In this document: one piece after another, positions 45,895-54,802 of the stretch | Layout of the letters: every line of letters starts with the position of its first letter | How positions within the stretch are numbered: position 1 is the first letter of the stretch | The notes under the pieces: model-generated | What the model was told of the DNA's origin: nothing | The model's input: the letters and a program-made list of their open reading frames with translations, nothing else | Databases searched by the model: none | Program-made: the position numbers and the translations under genes | NCBI GenBank assembly: GCA_050257635.1 | Contig: JBLMXG010000117.1 | Coordinates: 1-56,444 of the forward strand | Length of the DNA: 56,444 nucleotides | Source: Chloroflexota bacterium | Lineage (GTDB): Bacteria > Desulfobacterota > Binatia > UBA9968 | Direction of reading: 5' to 3'

Positions 45895-46093
45895 AATTTT
45901 ACCCTACTTCACTACGTAGTCTTTTCCACAAAAATCCACATAACGATTAGCACTTTGACAAGTCGAGGCGACGGTAGCCCTTAGCCGCTAAAATTCCGCA
46001 ACACTCGTACGATTGTTTACGATTGACGGCTCGGTGGCTTAGCGATAACAGAGGAAATGGATTACCTGAAACTTACCCCGGAAGAGGAAAGCC

Positions 46094-47194
46094 ATGACGC
46101 AATCCAATCCGTTACGCGTAGGTCTGATCGGAGCAGGAGGTAGATGGGGACCGCGGGCGCATGTGCCGGCGCTGAAGGGGATCGCCGAAACCGAGCTCTT
46201 TGCCGTGTGCACGGCGCATGCGGAGACGGCGCAGGCAGCGGCTGAAAAGTTCGGAGTCGATTGCGCGTACGACAGCCACAAGGCGATGAACGCCAACCCG
46301 CAGGTCGAAACGGTGGCGGTCGCGGTGCGCGTGCCGGCGCACTACGAGCTCACGAAAAATGCCATTGAGGCGGGAAAGCACGTCTTCTGCGAATGGCCTC
46401 TCGGCGCCAATACCAAAGAAGCCGAAGAACTGGCGACGCTGGCGCGCCAGAAGAATGTGCGCACCCTGGTTGGCTTGCAACGGCGCGCGTCGCCCGCCTA
46501 TCTCTACATGCGCGAGCTGATCCAACAAGGCTACGTCGGGCAGGTGCTGGCGGTAAACATGATGCTAATGAACAGCGGGGTGTTGACCCGTCCGTCGGAT
46601 CGCACCTGGCAGCGCGATGCGACGCTAGGCGCGAATACGCTGACGATTACCTTTGCGCACGTGTTCGACGCCATGTGTATGGTGGTCGGTGAGGTGACCG
46701 AACTGTCCGCGATCGTCTCGACGCAGGTGCCGCAGTGGTTCGAGACCGATACGAAAAAATACGTTGACGTCACCTCGCCCGACAACATCGTAATTCAGGG
46801 CCGCCTCGAAAACGGCGCCATCGTCAACGCCTACTGTGGCGTACATCCGTACCACGGCAGCGGCCATCGGTTCGAGATTTACGGCAATGAGGGCACGTTG
46901 GCGATGATCGGCGGCGGTGAGGGAGGGCAGGAGCTTCGGCGCAAGGTTTTGGGCGGACACAAAGACGACAAGGCGCTGCAGGAGTTGGCGGTGCCGGAGC
47001 GATTCAAGTGGGTGCCAGAAGCCCTGCGCAACGGACCCGAATACGACGTGGGCCAAATGTGGGTGAAGTTTGCCGAAGGGATACGGACCGGCTCGAAAAT
47101 CGAGCCCGACTTCGATCACGCGGTGTGCCGCCACCGAACCTTGGATGCGATCGTGCGCGCATCGCAAACGGGACAGCGGCAGAAATTCGCCTAG
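46094..47194 (+). CDS. Gfo/Idh/MocA-family oxidoreductase
   Basis: VGLIGAG, AHVPAL, GKHVFCEWP, VGLQRR. Confidence 0.9.
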   Translation: MTQSNPLRVGLIGAGGRWGPRAHVPALKGIAETELFAVCTAHAETAQAAAEKFGVDCAYDSHKAMNANPQVETVAVAVRVPAHYELTKNAIEAGKHVFCEWPLGANTKEAEELATLARQKNVRTLVGLQRRASPAYLYMRELIQQGYVGQVLAVNMMLMNSGVLTRPSDRTWQRDATLGANTLTITFAHVFDAMCMVVGEVTELSAIVSTQVPQWFETDTKKYVDVTSPDNIVIQGRLENGAIVNAYCGVHPYHGSGHRFEIYGNEGTLAMIGGGEGGQELRRKVLGGHKDDKALQELAVPERFKWVPEALRNGPEYDVGQMWVKFAEGIRTGSKIEPDFDHAVCRHRTLDAIVRASQTGQRQKFA

Positions 47195-47213
47195 CGTGGA
47201 ACCACTGACGGCG

Positions 47214-47420
47214 GTTCAAACGTTCAACGTTCAAAAGTTCAAAGTCAGTCAAACAGGCACTAGGCAAGAGTCGGAAGGGGGTTGTTTCAGTCGTTCAAGC
47301 CGTTCAATCGCTTCTCTCCGTTCAAATCGTTCGGCCTCTGTTCGGATGCCGGCGAAGTCCGTTGCCGATGTTCCATGGGTTCCAATCGTTTCAGGCGTTC
47401 TATTATCCGCGAGCCGTTCG
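47214..47420 (+). repeat. Extended GTTCAA/GTTCC short-repeat region
   Basis: GTTCAAACGTTCAACGTTCAAAAGTTCAAAG; GTTCAAGCCGTTCAATCG...GTTCAAATCGTTC; GTTCCATGGGTTCCAATCGTTTC. Confidence 0.7.
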
Positions 47421-47512
47421 TAAATCTTTATCAACCACTCGTTGGATCGATTGCGATTGACGCCTCGTGGGCATAGCGATAATTCTAGCGCCAGTTTTGC
47501 GAGAGAGGAGCG

Positions 47513-48964
47513 ATGGCCATGAAACATCGAGCGGCGGAGATACACGATGGGCTGAAGCATCCGGTGATCGACGGCGACGGACACTGGCTGGAGCCGATTC
47601 CAATTTTCCTCGAGTACCTGAGCGAAGTGGGCGGTACGAAATCAGTCGATCAAATCCGGACGCTATGGCGCGGCAGGGACGCCTGGTACCGGGCTACGCC
47701 GCAGGAGCGTCAGCGCAGCCGCCTGCGCCGCGCCATCTGGTGGGGCGTGACAAGCAACACCTACGACAAGGCCACGGCGCTGCTGCCGGCTTTATTGAAC
47801 GAGCGGTTGCCGGAATTGGGCATCGACTTCGCGTTGATCTATCCGAGCTTCGGCCTCAGCATCAACGGCATGGGCCAGGGCGATCTGCACCTGGCGGCGG
47901 TGCGCGCTTACAATATGATGACGGCCGACATGTTCGCGCCCTATCACGACAGATTTGCGCCGGTAGCGATCATCCCAACCCATACGCCGGACGACGCTCT
48001 CCAGGAGCTGGAGTACGCGGTCGTGCAGCGCGGTTACAGAGCGATCATGCTGCGGGGAAACCAGGAGCGGGCGATCCCGAGCGCCGCCGAAGAAACCGAA
48101 GACCGGCAGAAGGCCGCCTGGTACGTCGATACCATCGCCCTCGACAGTCCCCATGACTACGAGCCGCTGTGGAAACGGTGCGTCGAGCTCGGCGTGGCCG
48201 TTACGCAACACTCGGGCAGCGGCCGTTGGCAAGATCGCGCGTCGATCAGCAACTTCACCTACAACCACGTCGGTCACTTCGCCGAATCGAACCACGCCTT
48301 TGCGCGCGGCGTGTTCCTCGGTGGCCTGGTGCGCCGCTACCCAAGCCTCAATTTTGGCTTCATGGAGGGCGGAGTGAGCTGGGCCTGTCAGATGTGCCTC
48401 GACCTGATCGAGCACTGGGAGAAACGCCGCCGCGCCGGGTTGCAATATCCAAGCGAAACCGATGTCGCCGAGCTGCATCGGCTGATTGATCGGTACGGCG
48501 ATCAAAAACTAAAGGCCAACGCCGACGCGCTCATGAACAGCCTCGACGCCTTCCGCCCGGAGTGTAGTCTTGAAGATCTCAGTCGGCCTGAGCATGTCGT
48601 TGACGATTTCGAGGCGTCGGGAATCAATTCTAAAGACGATGTCCGAGCGGTCTTCTCAGGCAACTTTTACTTCGGCTGCGAGGCTGACGACCGTGCGACG
48701 ATGTGGGCGTTCGATCCGCGCATGGGCGTGCGGCTCCGGCCGGTTTTTAGCTCCGACTTCACCCATTTCGATGTGCCTGATTTCAAAGAGGTGATTCCCG
48801 AGGCATTCGAACTGGTGGAAAAGGGCTTCATCACCGAGCAGGATTTTCGCGAGTTCACGTTCATCAACACCGTGCGCCTGCATACGCGCAACAACCCGAA
48901 CTTCTTCAAAGGCACCGTTGTCGAACAAGCGGTAGTCGATGAGCTGGGATTGAAGAAAGCCTAA
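47513..48964 (+). CDS. Amidohydrolase family 2 protein
   Basis: PVIDGDGH, LIYPS, VRAYN, YEPLW, FMEGG, FSSDFTHFD. Confidence 0.85.
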   Translation: MAMKHRAAEIHDGLKHPVIDGDGHWLEPIPIFLEYLSEVGGTKSVDQIRTLWRGRDAWYRATPQERQRSRLRRAIWWGVTSNTYDKATALLPALLNERLPELGIDFALIYPSFGLSINGMGQGDLHLAAVRAYNMMTADMFAPYHDRFAPVAIIPTHTPDDALQELEYAVVQRGYRAIMLRGNQERAIPSAAEETEDRQKAAWYVDTIALDSPHDYEPLWKRCVELGVAVTQHSGSGRWQDRASISNFTYNHVGHFAESNHAFARGVFLGGLVRRYPSLNFGFMEGGVSWACQMCLDLIEHWEKRRRAGLQYPSETDVAELHRLIDRYGDQKLKANADALMNSLDAFRPECSLEDLSRPEHVVDDFEASGINSKDDVRAVFSGNFYFGCEADDRATMWAFDPRMGVRLRPVFSSDFTHFDVPDFKEVIPEAFELVEKGFITEQDFREFTFINTVRLHTRNNPNFFKGTVVEQAVVDELGLKKA

Positions 48965-48988
48965 GCGGAAATATTTTGAATTTTACCT

Positions 48989-49150
48989 ACCGCAAAGGCG
49001 CAAAGACGCGACGCGACGTGCCGAGGCCCGTTATCCCGAGCGTATGCGAGGGAGTTAAAAGAGATTTCTCCGTTTCGTCGAAATGACAGAGGGCGTTTCA
49101 TCGTGCGCTTGGCGTCCCTTCGGCACGGCTCAGGGCATGCTTGGCAGGAG
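48989..49150. repeat. Nested REP-like extragenic elements
   Basis: CGCAAAGGCGCAAAGACGC, GTTATCCCGAGCG...GAAATGAC, CTTGGCGTCCCTTCGGC...CTTGGC. Confidence 0.5.
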
Positions 49151-49284
49151 ACAATATGATGAACTCATTCTCTCAAGCATCTCAGACTGAGGAATCTAAG
49201 CGGTACGCGTCGTCCTCAGCCCGAGCTCCGGACAGGGGGTAGTGAATTTGCAGTCATCGGCACGAGGATGCCGAGAATGAAACA

Positions 49285-49911
49285 CTATCCAGCAATGGCC
49301 TGCTCGCTCTCGACACTTTTCTTGACCGTCGGTCGATTCATCATGCGCTCTTGCCAGGCGGTGTAGGCGCTGAGTTCCTTCATGGGAAATCCGCTGCGCG
49401 TGCCCCAGCCGTAGAAAACCAAGGCATAGCCATCGACAGCGGTAAACTCGCGGCCCATCACCCAGTCGTTCCCCTGAATCATGGAATCGATCTCCTGGAG
49501 ATTGGCCATGAACGATTTTCGTCCGTTTTCCTTGATCGCGGCATGCGCTGTTTCGCCGTCGGCAAAACGCTCGGGGCGATGGAAGCGCTGGTAGGAGGGA
49601 TGCACGATGCTCGAGAACCAGCACATGGTGCCGATGCAGCGCGCCTCCTCGGCCGGATCGGCGGGCAGTAGCTTTTTGTCCGGAAATCGTCTTGCGAGGT
49701 AGGTGAGGATCGCCGTGTTCTCGACCAAAACTTTTCCGTCGATGCTGAGCGCGGGGACTTTGCCGCGCGGGTTGATCTTCAGATAGGTATCGGTCTTCTG
49801 CTGCCCCTTGGCTAGCAGGATCGGCTTCAGCTCATAAGGAACGCCGGTTTCTTCGAGACCGATGTGCGAAGCCAGCGAACAGGCACCGGGACTGAAATAA
49901 AGCGTCATCAT
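49285..49911 (-). CDS. Glutathione S-transferase (beta class-like)
   Basis: YFSPGACSLASHI, INPRGKVP, EN.AIL.YLA, FTAVDGY. Confidence 0.92.
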   Translation of the reverse strand: MMTLYFSPGACSLASHIGLEETGVPYELKPILLAKGQQKTDTYLKINPRGKVPALSIDGKVLVENTAILTYLARRFPDKKLLPADPAEEARCIGTMCWFSSIVHPSYQRFHRPERFADGETAHAAIKENGRKSFMANLQEIDSMIQGNDWVMGREFTAVDGYALVFYGWGTRSGFPMKELSAYTAWQERMMNRPTVKKSVESEQAIAG

Positions 49912-49989
49912 GAGAACACCTCCTCAATTATAATTTCACTCGAAGCGCATGGTCGGTAATTTCCGGCACAGGGCAGCAGTGGCGCTGCT

Positions 49990-50365
49990 CGCAATTCGTC
50001 TGGAGAGTAAGCGCCAACGCGCCGACATGTCAATCGTTGCTTTTCAGCGCAAATGACCCGGCGGCTGGACGAATTGCGTTCAAAGCGAATCAATTTCTCT
50101 CCGTTCTGGCGCAAACTCGCAAAAGTCAGTGATAGCTCACGCGGTCACACAATTGACAGTGGCCCGTCGCGTTGCTGTTGTGCACTAAGACTATAGATGT
50201 ACAAAGCGCCTTGCGTATAGATAGTTTTCTGTTATAGGTCGCTTTGGGCAAGACTTTAGTCTTAGCGGAGCGCAAGGAGTCAGAGGCTGGACGGTGAGCT
50301 TTAGCTGCGCGCGGTCTTCAGCCTCTCGCTTCTTCCAATAGCCGCAGGCTCTAAACCGCCTGCAT
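49990..50365 (+). ncRNA. Candidate structured RNA / leader with four consecutive hairpins
   Basis: Stems 49990-50000/50068-50078, 50185-50193/50257-50265 (inner CAAAGCG/CGCTTTG), 50282-50289/50319-50326, 50344-50349/50358-50363. Confidence 0.4.
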
Positions 50366-50377
50366 AAGGAGAAAGGG

Positions 50378-50911
50378 ATGAATCCTTTATTGGTCGCTGC
50401 CATACCTCTGGTGCTGATTATTTTGGGCATGATACTGAATAGCTTGGATCTCAAGATCACTCAGCCGCCAAGCTCGTCGGAACAAGATCCAGCGAAGCGA
50501 CTTGCCGCTGAAAGGCAATCTTTCCGAGAGTTCTTCGATCTCCAGCGTGGTCGAGCGCTGAAACGGCAGAACCGTGTCAATCAGTACGCCTGGCTGCTCC
50601 TGATCGCTACGGTCGGCTCTTTCATTTGGCTTTATGTCGACACTGTGAACAAAACGACTCTTGCGAGCCGGATCGCTATGTTACAAACGTTGGGAACGGA
50701 AGAGGGCAAACAAACGGTGCTCTCGGTGACGCAGCTGGACGGCGATAATGTCAAATACCTGCTCAAGCCGGACAAAACCGTGGACACTGCGGCGGCAGAA
50801 GCGGTTAAAGAAAAGGTGCCAAGCTACGAGGTGCAGGACTTGGGCACGGCTTTGTTCGAAGGCGATGGTTCGTTGCCGAGCGGTATCTCGGTAAAAATTT
50901 CTAATAAGTAG
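50378..50911 (+). CDS. Hypothetical membrane protein (two TMs plus C-terminal soluble domain)
   Basis: AAGGAG RBS; helices LLVAAIPLVLIILGMIL and YAWLLLIATVGSFIWLY; no recognised family. Confidence 0.7.
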   Translation: MNPLLVAAIPLVLIILGMILNSLDLKITQPPSSSEQDPAKRLAAERQSFREFFDLQRGRALKRQNRVNQYAWLLLIATVGSFIWLYVDTVNKTTLASRIAMLQTLGTEEGKQTVLSVTQLDGDNVKYLLKPDKTVDTAAAEAVKEKVPSYEVQDLGTALFEGDGSLPSGISVKISNK

Positions 50912-50972
50912 GTAAGTATTGTGTAGTGTGATGTCTCAGGAGTTCGTTGAAAAAGTCGTGGACTATTTTTAA

Positions 50973-51060
50973 TTCATGCCGGCGAAAGCCGGTATCCGGA
51001 AGTGTTTGAAATTCGTGCATTCCGGGTCGCCTCCGGCCCTCGCCTGATTTGGCCGGATTG
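50973..51060. repeat. REP-like palindromic element
   Basis: TCATGCCGGCGAAAGCCGGTATCC hairpin with GAAA loop plus TCCGGCC...GGCCGGA. Confidence 0.5.
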
Positions 51061-51097
51061 ACCCTCGAAGCAAGTTGCGAACTGCGGTTCCAGGGCT

Positions 51098-51595
51098 CTA
51101 GAAAAAGAGCAGATAGATCTGCTGGCCAACCATGCCGACGAGGAGCGGCACGAGAAAAGAAACGACACACCTGACGACCAAGAACTCTCCTCCCAAAAGT
51201 GGGTACTCCCACGCAATGAGCCGCACCGGTCCGAAGAGCTCTTTGGCGGTGACCAGGCTCAGCAGGCTGCCGATGCTCGCCCCAGAGAGCCTCAAACCGG
51301 CGATGAGCGGATATATGACATACGGGCCGCCGGGAAGGACCATGCCGATCAGCGAGCCGATCATCATTCCCTTGACACCGGCGTCGTGGCCAAGCCACTT
51401 TTGCATCGCTTGCTCGGGGACCGCCTGTTGAATTAATCCCGCCAAGGCGAAACCCACCAACAGGCGCGGCAAGAGCGCGAGAAACAGATTGCCTCCGCGC
51501 AGAAGCCCATTAATCGGCAAATGTCCCGTATTCAAGGTGAGATAACCGATAACCAACGAAAGCAAACCGACTAAAATAGCAAACGAAATATCCAT
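51098..51595 (-). CDS. Small predicted permease (DUF318-like)
   Basis: LPRLLVGFALAGLI, KWLG..AG.KG, LPGGPYVIYPL. Confidence 0.7.
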   Translation of the reverse strand: MDISFAILVGLLSLVIGYLTLNTGHLPINGLLRGGNLFLALLPRLLVGFALAGLIQQAVPEQAMQKWLGHDAGVKGMMIGSLIGMVLPGGPYVIYPLIAGLRLSGASIGSLLSLVTAKELFGPVRLIAWEYPLLGGEFLVVRCVVSFLVPLLVGMVGQQIYLLFF

Positions 51596-51860
51596 CGCAG
51601 TCGACAACTCCTTTCAGCTGCCCTGACGTGCAGCCATACTTGATCCGGCCGGAAAAAAGGCAAAGTCCCGTTTTGGCGTCGAGGGACAAGAAACGGCAGT
51701 CTCGGTTCTTCCGGGCCGGTGCTTACTGCAAGTACCATAGCACGGGACCGAATGTATTCTACTTCTTTACGCGGCGGTGATATTGCTTCAGCTCACCGGC
51801 TCGGATGCAGCCGGGGGGCGGCCGAGCGCGCCGAGATATGCGGTTTGTTTACCTGGCCGG

Positions 51861-52865
51861 TTACGTGTCGATTCCAAACGTATTCGCCAAAAGCTCGTAG
51901 GAGCGATGGCGTGGCGCCGAATCGTAAGTCCATGTGACCACGACCAACTCGTCGAGTTCCAAACTTTTCGCGAGTTCTTTGAGCCGCGCGGCCACTTGCT
52001 CGGCAGACCCTACAATCGCCTTGCGGCGGAGCTTCGCGGCGGTCGCAATCTCTGCGGGCGAGTAGGGGCGTTCGGCTTCCTCGGGCGGCATGAGCGGCAT
52101 GCGGATGCCTTGGCGGCGATCGATGATGGCGCGCTCGCGGCTTTTGAACTGGCGTAGCGCTTCTTCTTCCGAGTCGGCGGCTAGTGCCCAGACGCAGATT
52201 GTCGCCATGGGCTTGGGATTGTTTTCGCTGGGGCGATAGTTCGCGCGGTACAATTCGAGTGCTTGCTCTGCACCGGTGCCTTCACTGAAAAAGTAGGCGA
52301 ATGCGTAGGGCAAGCCAAAATAGGCGGCGAGTTGAGCGCCGTAGCCTGAGCTGCCGAGGATCCATAATTCCGGCGTGGTCGGTCCCGTCGGCTGGGCAGC
52401 AATCTTATGGAATGGGTGTCCTTCCGGCAGCGGAGTGCCTGAAACCCAGTGTTGCAGCTCCTGTACTTGCCGCGGAAAATAGTCGAGGACGTTCTGCGGG
52501 TTTGGATTGAGCGCATAGGCCGTCAGCTGGTCCGAGCCGGGGGCGCGTCCTATTCCGAGGTCGATGCGGCCGGGAGCGATGGCCTCCAGGACGCGGAACT
52601 GCTCGGCGACTTTCAAAGCCGAATAGTGCGGCAGCATGATGCCGGCGCTGCCAACCCGGATGCGCGGCGTGGTCGCCGCAATCGCGGCCATAAGTATCTC
52701 GGGTGCGGTGCCGACGATGCTACCGGAATTGTGATGCTCTGAGAGCCAATAGCGATGATAACCGAGCGCGTCGCAATGGCGGGCGAGTTCGAGGGTTTCG
52801 CGGATCGCCGTATCCTGAGATTTGCCGCTGGACGCCGTCGATTGATCAAGGACTGACAATCTCAT
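51861..52865 (-). CDS. Luciferase-like (LLM class) flavin-dependent oxidoreductase
   Basis: LSVLDQS, GYHRYWLSEHH, GIMLPHYS, RIDLGIGRAPG, WILGSS. Confidence 0.92.
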   Translation of the reverse strand: MRLSVLDQSTASSGKSQDTAIRETLELARHCDALGYHRYWLSEHHNSGSIVGTAPEILMAAIAATTPRIRVGSAGIMLPHYSALKVAEQFRVLEAIAPGRIDLGIGRAPGSDQLTAYALNPNPQNVLDYFPRQVQELQHWVSGTPLPEGHPFHKIAAQPTGPTTPELWILGSSGYGAQLAAYFGLPYAFAYFFSEGTGAEQALELYRANYRPSENNPKPMATICVWALAADSEEEALRQFKSRERAIIDRRQGIRMPLMPPEEAERPYSPAEIATAAKLRRKAIVGSAEQVAARLKELAKSLELDELVVVTWTYDSAPRHRSYELLANTFGIDT

Positions 52866-53085
52866 GAATCGATGCTTTCAGCGCGTCTTTTGCGCCGGTG
52901 TTCCGCGACTGCTCGCGAATAGTATTCGCCGCGAAAGATCCCGCGTGACAGAGCCGCAACCAAACAATCGTAATATCTCGCGCAAAGCTCGCAAAGACCG
53001 CCAAGTTAAGGAATCAAATTTCCTTTTCGCCTCGGGTGGGGAGGCCTTTGTGCGCTGAGCGTGCTTGACCCGAGAAACTCCCCTC

Positions 53086-54000
53086 TCAACCAAGCCGGTC
53101 ACCGACCTTCAAATCGGCCTGTTTGGCGAATTCTGTCGCCGCGATCTTCCCGCCTTCGCCGCGCATTTTTTTGACGATCAATGTGCCGCCGGCCAAGGCG
53201 ACGCTGATTTCCTCTGTGCCCATTTGGGTTACCGCGCCAGGGGCGGCCGAATCATTTCCCAGCTGAAGCCGCGTGTCGAAGAGGCGCACCGTTTTGCCGT
53301 TGTGGCTTGTGTGGGCGCCGGGCTGGGGGTCGCAGCCGCGGATGAGATTGTAAACTTGCTGCGCCGGTTGCGACCAATCAATTTTTGCGTGCTGGTCGCG
53401 GCAGGGCGGGTCGTAGGTCGCCTTCGATTCGTCCTGCGCGATGCGCGGCGGGTTGCCGGCTTTGATCAAGTCGACCGCTTCGCCGATCGCCTCGATTCCC
53501 AAGGGAAAAATCTTGTTAAAATAAAGCGAGCCGGTGGTGTCGTCCGGGTCGACTTTCACTTCTTTCTGTAGCAACACCGGTCCCGTGTCGATGCCCGGAT
53601 CGACCCAGAAGAGCGAGAGCCCGGTAACCGATTCGCCATTGATCAGAGCCCAGTTGATCGCGCTCGCGCCGCGGTATTTAGGCAAAAGCGAGGGATGAAA
53701 ACAGATGCTGCCCAGCTTGGGCACGCTGAAAACTTCTTGTGGAACGATCTGGGTGACGAAGGCGAGGATCGCCAGGTCGGCGTTGAGCGACAAAAATTCT
53801 TCTCGGACTAGGGGCGCTTTCAAAGACTTGTGCTGGCGCACCGGGATACTCAACTGGAGCGCTCGCTGCTTGACCGGATCGAATTTTCCGCTCGGCGGGT
53901 CGAGGGGGCAATAGACGGCGGCGATGTCTTCGCCTTTGTCGATGAGCTTGTCGAGAGTTTTTTCCGCGAACGCCGCTTGGCCGATGAGAATAATCCGCAT
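53086..54000 (-). CDS. Formyltransferase-family protein (Fmt-like; resembles the 10-formyl-THF hydrolase domain of ALDH1L1)
   Basis: MRIILIGQAAF, ICFHPSLLPKYRGASAINWAL, FWVD.GIDTGP, IRGCDPQPGA; start ATG 54000. Confidence 0.85.
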   Translation of the reverse strand: MRIILIGQAAFAEKTLDKLIDKGEDIAAVYCPLDPPSGKFDPVKQRALQLSIPVRQHKSLKAPLVREEFLSLNADLAILAFVTQIVPQEVFSVPKLGSICFHPSLLPKYRGASAINWALINGESVTGLSLFWVDPGIDTGPVLLQKEVKVDPDDTTGSLYFNKIFPLGIEAIGEAVDLIKAGNPPRIAQDESKATYDPPCRDQHAKIDWSQPAQQVYNLIRGCDPQPGAHTSHNGKTVRLFDTRLQLGNDSAAPGAVTQMGTEEISVALAGGTLIVKKMRGEGGKIAATEFAKQADLKVGDRLG

Positions 54001-54080
54001 GCTATCTCGCTCCGATTTGAATGACTGTCTTCTTAAGCTTCTCGATCGCGAGGCGCGACCACGATCACGCCACTTTTTCC

Positions 54081-54608
54081 TCAACCGATGACTTTGTAGT
54101 CGCCGCCCTTGTAGCTCTTGCAAAGATTGACGTAGGTCGACGAGCCCATCTTGATCCAATGCAAGGCCTCGCCCGCAAGCTCTTTTTTCACTTTCGCCGG
54201 CGCGCCGGCGGCGAGAACTCGCGGCGGAATTTTCGTGTGCGGCACAACCACGCTGCCGGCGGCGATCAGCGCTTCTTCGCCGATCTCGACATTCTCCAAC
54301 AGCGTCACGTTCATGCCGATGATCGCGGCGCGCTTGATCAGCGGACCTTCCATGATCGCGCCATGGCCGATGGTGCAGTCGTCTTCGATGATCGTCGGCG
54401 CCTCGCCTGAGTGAAGCACGCAGTTGTCTTGGATGCTGGTGCGCGCGCCTACGACGATCGGATTTTGATTCTGATCGGAGCGGATGACCGCGCCCCACCA
54501 GATGCTCGCTTCGTCGCCAATTGTAACGTCGCCGATAATCACCGCGGTGGGCGCGATAAACGCGCTCGGTGAAATCTTCGGCACCTTGCCCTTGTATTCG
54601 ATGATCAT
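54081..54608 (-). CDS. Gamma carbonic anhydrase-like left-handed beta-helix protein
   Basis: AFIAPTAVIIGDV, IRSDQ, IQDNCVLH, TIGHGA, G.PAK. Confidence 0.88.
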   Translation of the reverse strand: MIIEYKGKVPKISPSAFIAPTAVIIGDVTIGDEASIWWGAVIRSDQNQNPIVVGARTSIQDNCVLHSGEAPTIIEDDCTIGHGAIMEGPLIKRAAIIGMNVTLLENVEIGEEALIAAGSVVVPHTKIPPRVLAAGAPAKVKKELAGEALHWIKMGSSTYVNLCKSYKGGDYKVIG

Positions 54609-54802
54609 GCGGAATTTTCCTCCGTGGATTGCTGGCCACGATATTTGACGACCGTTTAGAAATCAAGTTTGTGATGGAGCGACATCGAGTGCAGATTAGT
54701 TGACAGCGGTGGCAAAAGCCGCTACTTGGATGCGCAGCTATTTCAAAAAATTCCCCCGTTCCTGTTCGGTCAGCGGGCCAGAGATGAGAATTGGAGCGCC
54801 TT

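Noticed and set aside
47214-47420. CRISPR array
   Set aside because: Units are 6-9 nt with no 25-40 nt repeats or unique spacers, and there are no cas genes
51646-51720. Branched inverted repeat upstream of the small permease
   Set aside because: GC-rich short stems are expected by chance, and there is no known riboswitch motif
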